Shown here one piece after another: positions 1 to 11,189 of a stretch of DNA of 64,000 nucleotides (positions are counted from its first letter, which is position 1; every line of letters begins with the position of its first letter). The stretch spans positions 53,878,001-53,942,000 of the forward strand of contig OX597821.1 in the NCBI GenBank assembly GCA_951406725.2. The letters are read 5' to 3'. The notes under the pieces are model-generated. The model was given only the letters and a program-made list of their open reading frames with translations, was not told where the DNA came from and ran no database searches. The stretch is from Octopus vulgaris. Lineage: Eukaryota. Made by a program: the position numbers and the translations under genes.

Positions 1-546
1 CAGTGGAGACATACAGGGAAAGCAAACTAAAACAAGCACGGGGGGTCGTTAGACCTGAACGAGGGGAAAATAGTGAACGCTGAGAGAAATATTTTCTTTG
101 AAAGAGAAAAGATAGAAAAGAGATAGATAGAAGACGTTCAGTCCTTACAATGTCCGTGCTGGAAAGAAAGATGGTTACGTGAGGAAAAGAAAGATGGACT
201 ATGGACACGTGTGAGCAACGAGAGAGAGAAAAAAAGAGAATGATGGAGAGAGAGACAGATAGAAAACGATGAAATAGAGAAAAAAAGGACATTAGAGAGG
301 ATAGAGGAGAAAACAGTATAGAGTAGAGTTGCATCAAAGATATTAAGTTAAGCTTACTTGGAAATGAATGCGTGGCGTTCAATTAAATAATAATATAAAT
401 AATATAAATATATATATATATGCATATATGGGGAAAGGACGACACCAACAGTAAACAACATGAAATAAGAAAACAAATGAGTTAAATAACGAGAGAAAAA
501 TGGACAAGTAATACAAAGAATGACCCGTCATCAGTTGTCGGCTGTC
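1..546 (-). repeat. Dispersed repeat fragment, possibly Penelope-associated
   Basis: The minus strand near 500-545 (ACTGATGACGGGTCATTCTTTGTATTACTTGTCC) resembles + strand 47819-47855 (ACTGAAGAAGGGGTTTGTTCTTTGTGTTAATTGTCC); both abut (TA)n tracts. Confidence 0.35.
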
Positions 547-557
547 TATACATATAT

Positions 558-644
<87 letters not shown>

Positions 645-666
645 CATACATACATACATACATACA

Positions 667-700
<34 letters not shown>

Positions 701-702
701 CA
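547..702. repeat. Compound microsatellite (CA)n-(TA)n-(TACA)n
   Basis: Read directly; explains ORFs 379-687, 482-703 and 520-708. Confidence 0.97.
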
Positions 703-1247
703 TGTTAATCAGCTGAAGTCATAAAGTTACTCAGGGTCCGAGTGGCCTTTCCGAAACTCTCGGCTCTTGAGTCACTTTGTAAGCTCTGAGAGGTAATTTT
801 TTTTTTAATCCACGCATACACATAACCGTGCGTTTAACAAATTGTATATTCTGACTTGACTGAGGGTACTTCTTGTTCGTGATGAATTTATATATTCTGT
901 GGGAATCACAGTTTCGGATAACACTAACCGAGGAAAAACAACATCAATCCTTTTGAATTCAGCACTTTTCTACTATATGCTGCAAACTATTCAATGTTCA
1001 TGTATGTCATTTATATTTTCGCAATAATACAAGTTTTCCAAAGGCTTCTTGAATCGCATGTAATTAGCGTTATGTTATGTTGCGTTGTGTTGTATTCTGT
1101 TAGTATTTGCGTCCGTGCGTGCGTGTATGTATGTGTGTGCATATGTAAACAAGAATTTCTTCACTATCAGAGGGTTTACAAAAGCTGCACGAAGAACAGG
1201 ATACTTATTTTACGATAAAAAATGCAATTAACTGTCAAAGCACTTAC

Positions 1248-1340
1248 TGACTCTGCATGCGGCATCATACGTTTTGCACGTTCTTTCAGTTAAAATATAC
1301 TTGCGTTGTACATCATTTCAGAAAAGAAAGATGGACTTAC
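1248..1340 (-). other. Putative 93-nt exon of a minus-strand host gene, carrying a possible start MMPHAES (1268-1248)
   Basis: Strong acceptor TTTCTTTTTTTTTGTTTTCTAG| at 1341 and consensus donor TCA|GTAAGT at 1247, in unique non-repeat sequence. Confidence 0.55.
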
Positions 1341-1629
1341 CTAGAAAACAAAAAAAAAGAAACAACAGTTAAACTATTATCATATCACAATTATCTGAAG
1401 TAGTTAAGAATAATTAGCATATAACTTCGTTATATATAAACTATTCTACACGTTAAAAAGGTTTCATTAAAAATCTAAATTATAAGTAATGTATTTGTAC
1501 TTCAAAATTTTATATGTGAAATCCGATGTTGAAACAGTTACTGTTATACTTGGGGGTGGGCATATTTTGCCAATTAAGCACAGATACTATATATTGGTCT
1601 TCATTTCAGCTTTATTGATGGAATAAGCA

Positions 1630-1785
1630 GAACAAGAGGAGACACGTTGGACAGAGTCGTCGAAAAGGTCCCAAGGTGTGTGACGAAAGAACTTTGACAA
1701 AGAAACTAAAATAATAATAAAGCTCAAGGGAAGACTAAATATATAGTGTGTGTTTAATTGGCAATATATGACCATCTCCAACACT
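1630..1785 (+). mobile_element. Decayed copy of the Naiad-like Penelope 3' terminal region
   Basis: GGTCCCAAGGTGTGTGACGAAAGAACTTTG and ATATAGTGTGTGTTTAATTGGC match the minus strand of 40050-40190 (GGTCACAGGAGTGTGACGAAAGAACTCTG; ATATAGTGCGTGTGTTTTTATTGGC). Confidence 0.55.
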
Positions 1786-1939
1786 TCATTATGGTGATGT
1801 ATGTATAATCAGGTTATACAATTCACGCGTGCATACGCTAACGTAGCATCTTTGTAGAAATTTACACAGAGCTTCAATACTTCTCTTTCTTTTCAATATA
1901 AACACACAAGGGAAGTATATTCATATATTGTTTTAATTG

Positions 1940-2135
1940 ACGGAATCGTTGGCGAAAAAATCGTTGTGCATTTGTTTCGGCTCTTTATGTTTTGAGTTCA
2001 AATTTCACCGAAGTTAACTTTGTATTTCATTCTTTCAGGTTTGATAAAATAAAATACCCGTCAGAATACTGGTGTCGATATAACCTACGGTTCTCCTCCA
2101 TGCAAGTTTCAGAGCCGGTATCTATATTAGATAAC
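1940..2135 (+). mobile_element. SINE family B, degenerate
   Basis: TTTGAGTTCAAATTTCACCGAAGTTAACTTTG..TTTCATTCTTTC matches the copies at 19660, 21890 and 33572. Confidence 0.7.
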
Positions 2136-2334
2136 ATTACTGTTAATTATAACTTTTGACTAATGTCAGACATTTGACACCTGGAATACTGCCAAGCATT
2201 CACTGCATTCCACCATTTGAACAATGCGGTCAGCATAATTCAACACGCGTATTCTGAAGGGGTCGACGTAGGATTTAGAACGGACATCTATATGGATATA
2301 AACTAAGAAATGTTGTGCAAGGTGATCAGTCTTA

Positions 2335-2555
2335 TATATAGTTAATCAGAAAAAAAAAGGAAGGAAAAAACACAGGAAAACAAACAACGCGAGCACGTGG
2401 TACATGCAAAATATTAGCAGATGCTCAGGGAAGGAAAGAAAGGTAGTTTTACGTTTCGAGCAAAGCTCTTCTTCAGAAATAGGAGACAAAGGACAGTCCA
2501 AGAGAAAAGGAAGATGGAGGAAAAAAATCGCCAACGATCCACTTGTAGTTACATT
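2335..2555 (-). mobile_element. Short Penelope-type terminal-repeat (pLTR/retrozyme-like) unit
   Basis: ~220 bp between TA runs, homologous to 18205-18425; contains a hammerhead core. Confidence 0.65.
2447..2479 (-). ncRNA. Minimal type I hammerhead ribozyme with intact core
   Basis: Minus strand TTT-CTGAAGA-A-GAGC-TTT-GCTC-GAAA-CGT-A-AAA: CUGANGA, stem II, GAAA, palindromic ACGU stem III, GUA cleavage triplet and a 3-bp stem I. Confidence 0.75.
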
Positions 2556-2899
2556 TATATATATACACAGCAACGCCTCAATATACGAGTTAATTCGTTC
2601 CCGGTGAATGCTCGTTAAACAGAGCAATAATTTCCCATAATAGCAACGTTATAGATCGCAATTCGTTCCCAGAAAAATATCTTACCTATAAAATTTGTAA
2701 ATTTCGTAAGCAAATGGCAATAAAACAACAGTAGAATGTAAAGGATATTTCATTTAAAGTAAGACGAATGTCAATCTCATTTATTATCACTAGACTCGTG
2801 CACACTATCAATTGTAGACACGATCGCCGATTCACTAGCACTTGTTGACGGACGTCTAGATTGCTTTTTAAAAACAAGTCGAGAGTTGATTGCTTAGAA

Positions 2900-4522
2900 G
2901 CTATTTCTCGCTCTATAAATTTCCCGGTAACACACAGAAGTATTTGTTATGGTAATGGGATCTTTTGCATTTCGTTCAAACTTTGGATCTAGTGCTTGAA
3001 AATTTTTCCACGGCTTTATTCAAATGTTGAAATGCTTCCACGAGTCCTTTCAACGTGAAAGCATTTACTGAAGTTTCATCGACCGTGTTATTTTCTTCTA
3101 TTGTTGCCTGCAATAAGCTCTTCGTTGGTGAGTTCGTCATTATGTGATTGAAGCAGCTCATCTACGTCACTTACTGACACATTAAGATTCAATTCATTTG
3201 CAAGGTTAACAATTTCTTCTGATTCTTTTTGTACGTTTTCTTGCAGTGTCTCAAAATCCTCAAAATCATTAAGAAATTGTGAGCAAAGATTTTACCAAAG
3301 GCCCTGCATATTCTTTTGGATGATATTATCGCACGTTTTCCTATGATTTTTACTGCAGTATAAATGTGATTTTTCCAGAATTCCTTTACAGTTCGTTCCC
3401 CTTCTTAATCTGTTTCTTCATTCAAGCATAGCAAAGTGTAGCGTAAGTAATGGCTTTAAAAGTTGCAATAACACCCTGGTCCATTGGTTGCAAAAGTAAT
3501 GTCATATTCGGAAGCGAAGAAAAAATAATTCGGAAGCGAAGAAAAAATAATTTTGACATTAGGATGGAGATGTTGCAGAACTGGAGGGTGACTAAGTGCA
3601 TTGTCAATAAACAACATTTCATGAAATGGAAGTTCGTTCTTATCACAATATTTCTTAACTTCCGGCACAAAGTGATATGAAAATCATTCTTCAAATAATG
3701 TCGTAACCCAAGCTTTTTTTTATTAGACTTCCATATGACTGGAAAAGTACTTTTTAAGATGTCTTTATGTGCCCTGGGATTTTCCGCTCGATAAACTAGC
3801 ATTGGTTATATTTTTAAATCCCCAGATTCATTTCCTCCGAATAATAATGTCAGTCGATCTTTTGCAACTTTAAAACCAAGTAGCGCATTTTTTTTTTTTT
3901 TTTGACAATGTAACTTCTGTATGGCAAATGTTTCCAGAAAAGTCCTCTTTCATCGGCATTAAAAATTAGTTACCCCCTTCAATTATTTCTGCCAATGTTT
4001 CTGGATTTTTTTTTTTTTTGGCTGCATCGACATCGGCGCTTGCTGCTTCTCCTTGCACTTTGACGGAATGACACCCATGTCGGTTTCTAAATTGATCAAA
4101 CTATCCTCTGCTTACAACAAAAGGTTAATTTGTGTTACCTTTCATTTCTTTAAGAATACTGAAAAGGGACACTGCTTTGCTACAAATCGACGCTTGCTTA
4201 GCATTCATATGCATACATTGTGTTTTGTCACTTACCCATGCATTGAAAAGTGTTTCCATTTCAGGAATAATGCTTCCAGCATACTTTTTACGCGCCCGGG
4301 TTGATTTCAAAGGCTTGCACATTTCACACTTGAAATATTTTTTTGTTTTTCTTTAAGAATTGTGCAGACCGTTGACGAGTTAAGTGAAATTTTGTTACAA
4401 ATGTTTTTCACAGTTGTACCACCATAGCGCATTTTTGCAATTTCATACTTCGTTTCTAAAGTGATGGCTTATCGCTTCGTTTTGATCCCGTCAGTGTTTG
4501 TTGTACACTTTCGTTTAGACAT
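2900..4522 (-). pseudogene. Tigger/CENP-B-like transposase pseudogene
   Basis: MSKRK..AITLETKYEI (HTH), KVAKDRLTLLFGGN, MLVYRAENPRA, WKSNKK, QPMDQGVIATFKA; multiple stops and frameshifts; short internal duplication near 3507-3550. Confidence 0.9.
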
Positions 4523-4631
4523 ATTGGGTGAGTTTTAAAAATTTCGAGTAGTTTAAAGGCACGAAGATATAGTTGCTCTAACCTCAAGATGCAATCGAGA
4601 CAGTTCTATATTTAAGAGATGAGGAATTATG

Positions 4632-4950
4632 TACATTATTTACATTCGACGGATATTTGTCCTCATCTTGCTTGTTGTTAACACAACGTTTTGGCTGATA
4701 TACCCTCCAACCTTCTTCAGGTGTCTTGGGGAAATTTCAAACCTGGGTTCTCATTGCTAAGGTATTCTTCGATGTAATAATAATGATAATAATAATAATA
4801 ATAACAACATTGAAGATTACCTTAGGAATGAGAACCCAGGTTCGAAATTTCCCCAAGATACCTAAAGAAGGCTGGAGGGTATATCAGCCCAAACGTTGCG
4901 TTAACAACAAACAAGATGAGGACAAATATCCGTCGAATGTAAATAATGTA
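4632..4950. repeat. 144-bp-arm inverted repeat around an (AAT)n spacer, with a hammerhead-like motif in each arm (Penelope pLTR type)
   Basis: 4632-4775 is the near-perfect reverse complement of 4807-4950; the arms read CT(G/A)AAGA-AGG(C/T)TG-GAGGGTATAT-CAGCC-(A/C)AAACGTT. Confidence 0.9.
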
Positions 4951-5629
4951 GATCATTCAGTTGTTATCACGTGTTGACTCTACCGACCACTCACTAGCTT
5001 GGGTCACTTCACACTACTGATAGCAGCACGACTTACCTCTTCCACAGACATCATAAAAAGAGAGATAGGTGCCCTGCCGCTCGTCGACGGGATGTCATCT
5101 CGTTCACTACCGGACCTCTTGCGAATATTGAGTATATTATTTCTCTTGCTCGCATTTTTTTTTTTTTCATGTAATATAAAATACGTAGCACGAAAAATTA
5201 GCTTATAAAATTCTCCTTCAACAAAGCGTACGTGCAAGCTAAGACACTGAAATTTTATGCCGTCATTTTACTCCACAAAATGGTTATTTAACCTTTTTAT
5301 GTTTATTATAGAATAACACTAGTAAAACCGGGGTGTCGTAAGGAGTCCTCGTAAAGTAGGGCATTACTGTACACAGACATATATATGCATACATACTATT
5401 TTACAGTTTCTTTTTACACATGAAATGAAAAGTGCAGTATCAAGGCAAATTTTTTTTTTCTCTGTATCGTCAGTTAGTGATTATAAACAGCTGAAAACTG
5501 GGATCAATTGGACGAATGTATTGGATATGCACTTCACACATTTTTATTTTGTTTTTATAAGTATTTTTAATTTTTTTGTAAACAGCTTATGAGTCAGCTT
5601 AAATAACAGTTTTTTAAACTTTCACATAC

Positions 5630-5830
5630 CTCGTCCATCAATAGGTATGTTTTCTTTCTTTTGTTTTTAGATATTTCGTACAATAATTTGGCAATTCAAT
5701 ATGATAAAAATACTGAAATTGTGATTCGGAAGACAATATTCTTCGCGTTTTCCTTTTTTTTTTAAATCCCTCCCCTCTTAAATTTCGAAATCTCCACTGT
5801 TGCTTTTGAACTCCACCGCACATTTCCGCA
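5630..5830 (-). other. Putative first exon of a minus-strand host gene (ends ATG GAC GAG|GTATGT); 5' boundary approximate
   Basis: Consensus donor GAG|GTATGT at 5629; unique CpG-containing sequence; promoter-like motif just upstream. Confidence 0.45.
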
Positions 5831-5976
5831 TGTAGACACAGTGAGGTTGAGACTCAATAATTCCCTTGTTTATACTTGAAATAACAATAAAAAAAAACTC
5901 TGAAAAAGAAGTTGTTTCTAAAATTTCAATCTTTTAAATGAAGCTCCTCGTCTGTTGTCGTAAAACAATATTCGCC

Positions 5977-5986
5977 ACGCATGCGT
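5977..5986. promoter_or_regulatory. NRF-1-like palindromic site ACGCATGCGT in the putative promoter
   Basis: Matches the CGCATGCG core, roughly 150 bp upstream of the putative first exon. Confidence 0.35.
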
Positions 5987-6919
5987 AGATGCTTGTTGAA
6001 CTAGTAGAAGTAGTAAAGGATTCATTAAGGCGATTCCTTAACCATGCTAGAAATAACAAGGTGCTGAAAAATAATTTTTTTCAAAATTTTATTTTTTTAA
6101 TCAACCCCGAGTTTTGAAATATATCAAAACAGCTGTTCCCTTCCCCATTCAACTAACCCACACAAAAATATTATGTAGATTGTTTTGCTTCCACACATTA
6201 AGACAAAAAGCAATTTTGTACCTATATAGGTCGACCTTCTTCGCTATAATGTTCTCAAGTTTTATGTTTTAAATAGTCTATAAAAACCAACACGAGAACA
6301 CTACTTAAGCCTAAAGAACAATTTAACATGAAACTGTAAAAATTAAATTTTCGTTATTTTCCTCAACATATGCGTCTTCACAGATACTTAAAACTTGCGA
6401 TTAGTTTATGCTCCCTACTAAAAACTTCCCTATGCATCTCACCGTTTAATCTTCTCTGTTAATTCCATTCATATACAAGACACGTTATAATTGTGCTTTC
6501 ATAATTAAAAAAAAAAGGTCACGAGTTGTAAACAATGGAAAAGTGTACGAACAAATCACCATGTTGGAAAGAATTATAATCATAGGAAATATTTAAAGCT
6601 TACTTGTCCAACATCATGGTGATGAGAAGTATTACAGTGTATTGAAAGTGTCTCTCGAGACTGTGAACATACTCAGACTTCTTATTGTTTTCTGCCATTT
6701 AATTTATTAGCGATTTTCCTCTTCACCTCAGCTTTCTCAATACGAACATTGCATTATTTACTTTATCAGTTTATTAAATTTAGCTTTTAATATAGATTTT
6801 ATTGTATATAGTTCGATTGTCATTTTATTTCTTTCTTATAGGTATATGTGTGTGTGCGCGCATTCATGTCAGCTATCACTGGAAGTCTGAATTTGAATAT
6901 ATATATATGTATATATATC

Positions 6920-7090
6920 CGCTCAGTCGAAGTTGACTCTCGGTTACCAGTTGGATCAGTATCCTCCAGTCAGTTCTATCCTGGGCCGCTTCTTTCAGAT
7001 TGGCTATGGCCATTCCGGTATCACTCTTGATGGTGTCAAGCCAGTGGGTTCTTGGTTGGCCTCTTCCTCTCTTGCCACTGACCATTCCAT
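6920..7090 (-). mobile_element. RTE-clade LINE 3' fragment
   Basis: GMVSGKRGRGQPRTHWLDTIKSDTG..AAQDRTDWR is the typical RTE ORF C-terminus. Confidence 0.8.
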
Positions 7091-7692
7091 TGTACATATA
7101 TATATATACAAAATTAAGTGGAATGACCACTAAAGTGGTCATTCTTCTTAATTTTGTAAGTAACACAATTTTTAATCTCCGGATTTTTTAAATATGCTAA
7201 ACCACTGGTTTTAATTTATTGTTGCTGGAACAATCTAACACGGCACTGTTCTGTTGGAAGGTAGGTTTAGAGACAGCGCGGGCCAAATCTATGCGTCTTT
7301 CCCCTCCATTGGTCAGTCTAAGCTTAGACAGGGTCACGTGACAGTTAGCTGATGCTGGCTGCTGGAGCCTACCGGCGAGTATTTACAGGGAAACATGACA
7401 GGATGGTAATTCACCCGCTGATATTCGTTGATGCTGCATTGAAGAAATCAAAGAACAAAGCGAAAAGGGAGAAAGACAAAATGTACTGAACACCAGGGCT
7501 GAAGACACCTCCGAAAAAAGGGTCGGCTGTCACGTCTAAAACGGTAGAGGAGTAGGGGCCGAAACAGGACGTGGTTCTTCCTGATGATGTCTTTAACCAC
7601 TGGATCCTATAAAGGAGCTATTGGCGTAGTGAACCACGAAACGTGGTTGAAATTCCTCCTTATACACACACACAAATACATATATATAGACG

Positions 7693-7724
<32 letters not shown>

Positions 7725-8574
7725 TGCATATTTATTCATGTTTCATATTTCACATCTCTCTACATCACCTTCATCACTCTATCCAAACACACTTTCTCTC
7801 TCACTCTCACACTCTCTCTCACTCCCTGTTTTTATCTCTGCTCATAAAGATCAAAAGTCGTGAGTTCAAATCTAGCTCAAAACTTAAATGGAACAAGTGC
7901 TACAGAATAAATACTAGACTATCTCAGAAAGACAAAATCGAAGATTTTCTACAACTTTTTATGTTTTTCATTAAAAGAATAAATAGCTACAAGTAAAGAA
8001 ATTACCACCTTTCATTCTTTCATACACAATTTAAATATTTTTTGAAATAATTCAATCTAAAATTTTTAGATATCCAGTGGTAAAAACTTGTAATTTCTCT
8101 CTTAGATTTATTTTGATATAATTTTTTTATTACGTTTGAATTTTATATTACATGGAACATATACTCAGCTCTCAGCTTTTGCTGTGCAGTGGGTATTTTT
8201 TTTTTCCTCGATCATTGGTTCTTTTCCAGACTTTTCTTCTTTTTTAATAACGAATTCGTTGTCTTTGCTTCCTACAAATTTTCTTGCGATCAATACTTTG
8301 TTTCGTCTTTCTTTTTCTTGAATTCTTTATTCATGCGGAATTCATGCAGAGAAATTGAATTCCATTTTAACAGATGCTTCCAAGTTGATCTCGTTCTCTC
8401 TTACTTGACACTTTAGCAGATGCTAAAACCCCAATTTTTCACAAATGCTTCTTATTATTCATTGATGCCGCTATATTCTAACACTATTTCGCTTGAAAGT
8501 CATCACACCTTAATTCTCAACCACGAGTCTTCTCAGTGGAATCTTCACTTCGTGAAACTCGAATTTTTAAATAG

Positions 8575-8910
8575 CGGAGAAGGTGATGATTGCGGAGAAG
8601 GTGATGATTGCGGAGAAAGTGGTGGCAGTGGCGGAGGCGGCAGTGGCGGTGAAGTGGTGGTAGTGGTGGTGGTGGTAGTGGGTAGCAGCAGTAGTAGTAG
8701 TTGTTGTTGTTGTCCATATATGTAAGTTTACATTGAAACAAAAAGGAAAATGTGATAAGGATATTGAGGATTGTGATAATGGTGGTGATGAAGATGACAA
8801 TAAGAATGAAGATGATGCTGAAGAGAATGATGATGATGAAAATGATGACGATAACAATTGATGACGATGATGATGATGGGGGGAAGAGGAGCAGGACGAT
8901 GATGACGATA
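8575..8910. repeat. Degenerate trinucleotide (GGT/GAT/GTT) low-complexity tract
   Basis: Read directly. Confidence 0.9.
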
Positions 8911-9129
8911 TTTTACGCAGACCTGATCTGCTTCACCAAAGTTTCTATGAATACACTCTTTATTCCAGCTCAGTTTATTGAAATACTGTTTAGAATATAA
9001 TTTTCTAAGCAAATATTCATCATTAAACAGCGTACCGATTCTTTTACTCTCAGTACACTATACACCACCACTACTCTATCACTTTACTGATAATACACTG
9101 CCAATCAATAAACTTTTATCAATACACAT

Positions 9130-9232
9130 AGGAGTAGAAGTTGCTGTGTGGTAAGTAGCTTGCTTACCAACCACATGGTTCCGGGTTCAGTCCCACTCCA
9201 TGGCACCTTGGGCAAGTGTCTTTGACTATAGC
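9130..9232 (+). mobile_element. SINE family A (tRNA-derived, CORE-like) 5' half
   Basis: TGTGTGGTAAGTAGCTTGCTTACC..GGGTTCAGTCCC (A/B boxes), then GGCACCTTGGGCAAGTG; stops at CTATAGCC. Confidence 0.85.
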
Positions 9233-11160
9233 CAGTTACGTAACCAGACAAAAAATCAAAGCCGGAGAACGATGAATTAATTATAAAAATGAAAGAAATA
9301 CTGAAGGCCAAAGAAAATTAAAATTTGCGCTATAAAAATGCGAATCATTTCTCACTGTGTGGAAATTTATTGATGTTCGCACAAAGAGTCGTAGTGCCAG
9401 CCGCACTACAAAAGCGTTTATTAAAAGAATTTCATATTGGTCACCGAGGGATTTCGAAAATGAAATCACTTATAAGAAGTTACGTATATTGGCCTACAAT
9501 GGGTCGTGACATTGAGGAGTCGGTGAAATCCAGCAGAGATTGTGCCCTTACAGCCAAGTACCACTGGTACAATTCCGACAGTAGCCTAAAACCGACAATC
9601 TATGGATCAGACTTCATATGAACTTTGCTGGACCAGTAAATGCTGGAGTCATCAATGAACCAGTATTACCTGATTGTAGTTGAAAGTTATACTAAGTGGC
9701 CGGAAATATGTAGAAAACAACCACTACCGTTACAATAGAATTTCTTCATGAACTCTTTGCAAGATATGGTGTCCTGGACACCATAGTATCCCATAACGGT
9801 GTGTAATTTATTGCGTACTAGCAGTATCGCCCGGCGTTGCTCGGGTTTGTAAGGGGAATAACTATATAAGCATTTTTAGAGAGTTATAGCCAAAAAATAG
9901 CAAAAAATGCATTAAAAATGGAAAAATAATTATGGTAATTTTTTTTAATCGTTGACTCATCGTAGACATTTTTAGAGAGTTACTTCCCTTATATAATAGC
10001 GAAAAAAATGCATTAAAATGGAAAAAAATGATGGTAAATTTTTTTTTAAATCGTAGACTCATCGTAGACGCGTGCTAATACCCAGAAGGGCTCGATATGA
10101 ATCACGATTATAAGATACCCGGTTTTGGTTAAACTACACCGCAAAATGTGGGAGTAGTTAGGAATCTAAATCGTAGGAGACAGACACACAACTTCTCTTT
10201 TATATATAACGATAAGTTTGAAAATTTTTGCAAAATGTACGCAACTGAACACATCTCTACTCCGCCGAGTTATCCAAGATGAAACAGGCAAGCAGAACGG
10301 TTCGGGGGTATATTTAAAAGAGCATTAAAGAAATCAAGAAACGAGTTAATCGATGACGCTGCATTGACACCAAACCCAAACACGTGTTCAGGCAAGTCTC
10401 CTGCGAAACTAATGTTTGCGCAAAAAATAAAATCAATTTTTGACAAGTTGTTACCAGTAAGAAAAACAAATAGGGAAAATACTAAAAATACGACAAAGTA
10501 TTTTAATATCGGTGACAATTGGTTTTCAAAATATATAAAAATAGAAGAGACGGTTGGGAAACGGAGTAGTATCAAAACGAATAGGCAAAATGACGTATAT
10601 GATAAGAGGTGAGAAATGGGAACACTAAGGACATTTGAACTAGTTAAAACAGATATACGGAAAAAAAGAAAAGAGATACCCCTGGAAATGCTCTACGACA
10701 CCTTCAATGTTCCAACACCACAAGTCGAACCTAGGCATAGCAGCACAAGAGGGAGGAAACAAACAGAACGGTCGGAGGTAGTACCTATACAGAAGAAATA
10801 TGAAACTTCCCTCCGAAGAAAATCTCAGAAAGGGAGATGTGATGAAAGAAACTAAATTAAAATAATAATAATATTAAATTCCGACGGAAGTCAATTTCAA
10901 TAGGGGGATATGTTATGGCGCGAGCCATTGGCACACTTGTGGGATTTGGAAGAATGGACAAAACGAGCTCTTATAAAAAGTAGCGTATTGATTGAGACAA
11001 GAAAGACGTAGGAGTTGTTGAGAGTTCGTAGAAATCGTAGGAAGTCCTTGGGATTGTTGAGAGTTTGTATTTATTAGAGTATCGTGTTTAGTGGAGTAAT
11101 TTGAAGTGCGTTGTGTGAAGACGGTTGTGTCTATCTCCGCTTCGTGAAATCTGTATATAC
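9233..11160 (+). mobile_element. Gypsy/Ty3 LTR retrotransposon 3' remnant (integrase pseudogene, PPT, LTR)
   Basis: HIGHRGISKMKSLIRSYVYWP (integrase zinc finger), FAGP..YLIVV..YTKWPE, TPNP..GKSPAKLMF; PPT AGAAAGGGAGA followed by TG at 10838. Confidence 0.88.
9818..10212 (-). mobile_element. Non-autonomous Helitron
   Basis: Minus strand starts with TC and ends with the CCCGAGCAACGCCGGG hairpin plus CTAG; inserted at A|T with no TSD; removal restores the integrase frame FIAYKFENFCK; internal ~100-bp duplication. Confidence 0.88.
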
Positions 11161-11189
11161 AACGTATAGAAGATATATATGTATATATA

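Larger units (their letters stand above)
2568..5369 (-). mobile_element. Tigger/pogo DNA transposon, decayed
   Basis: Imperfect TIRs CAGCAACGCCTCAATATACGAG / CAGTAATGCCCTACTTTACGAG (16 of 22 match) with TA at the right end; transposase remnants inside. Confidence 0.85.

Noticed and set aside
379-708. [12 protein letters not shown] and HTHTHT ORFs here and throughout the ORF track
   Set aside because: They are translations of TA/CA/TG microsatellites, which lack stops in some frames.
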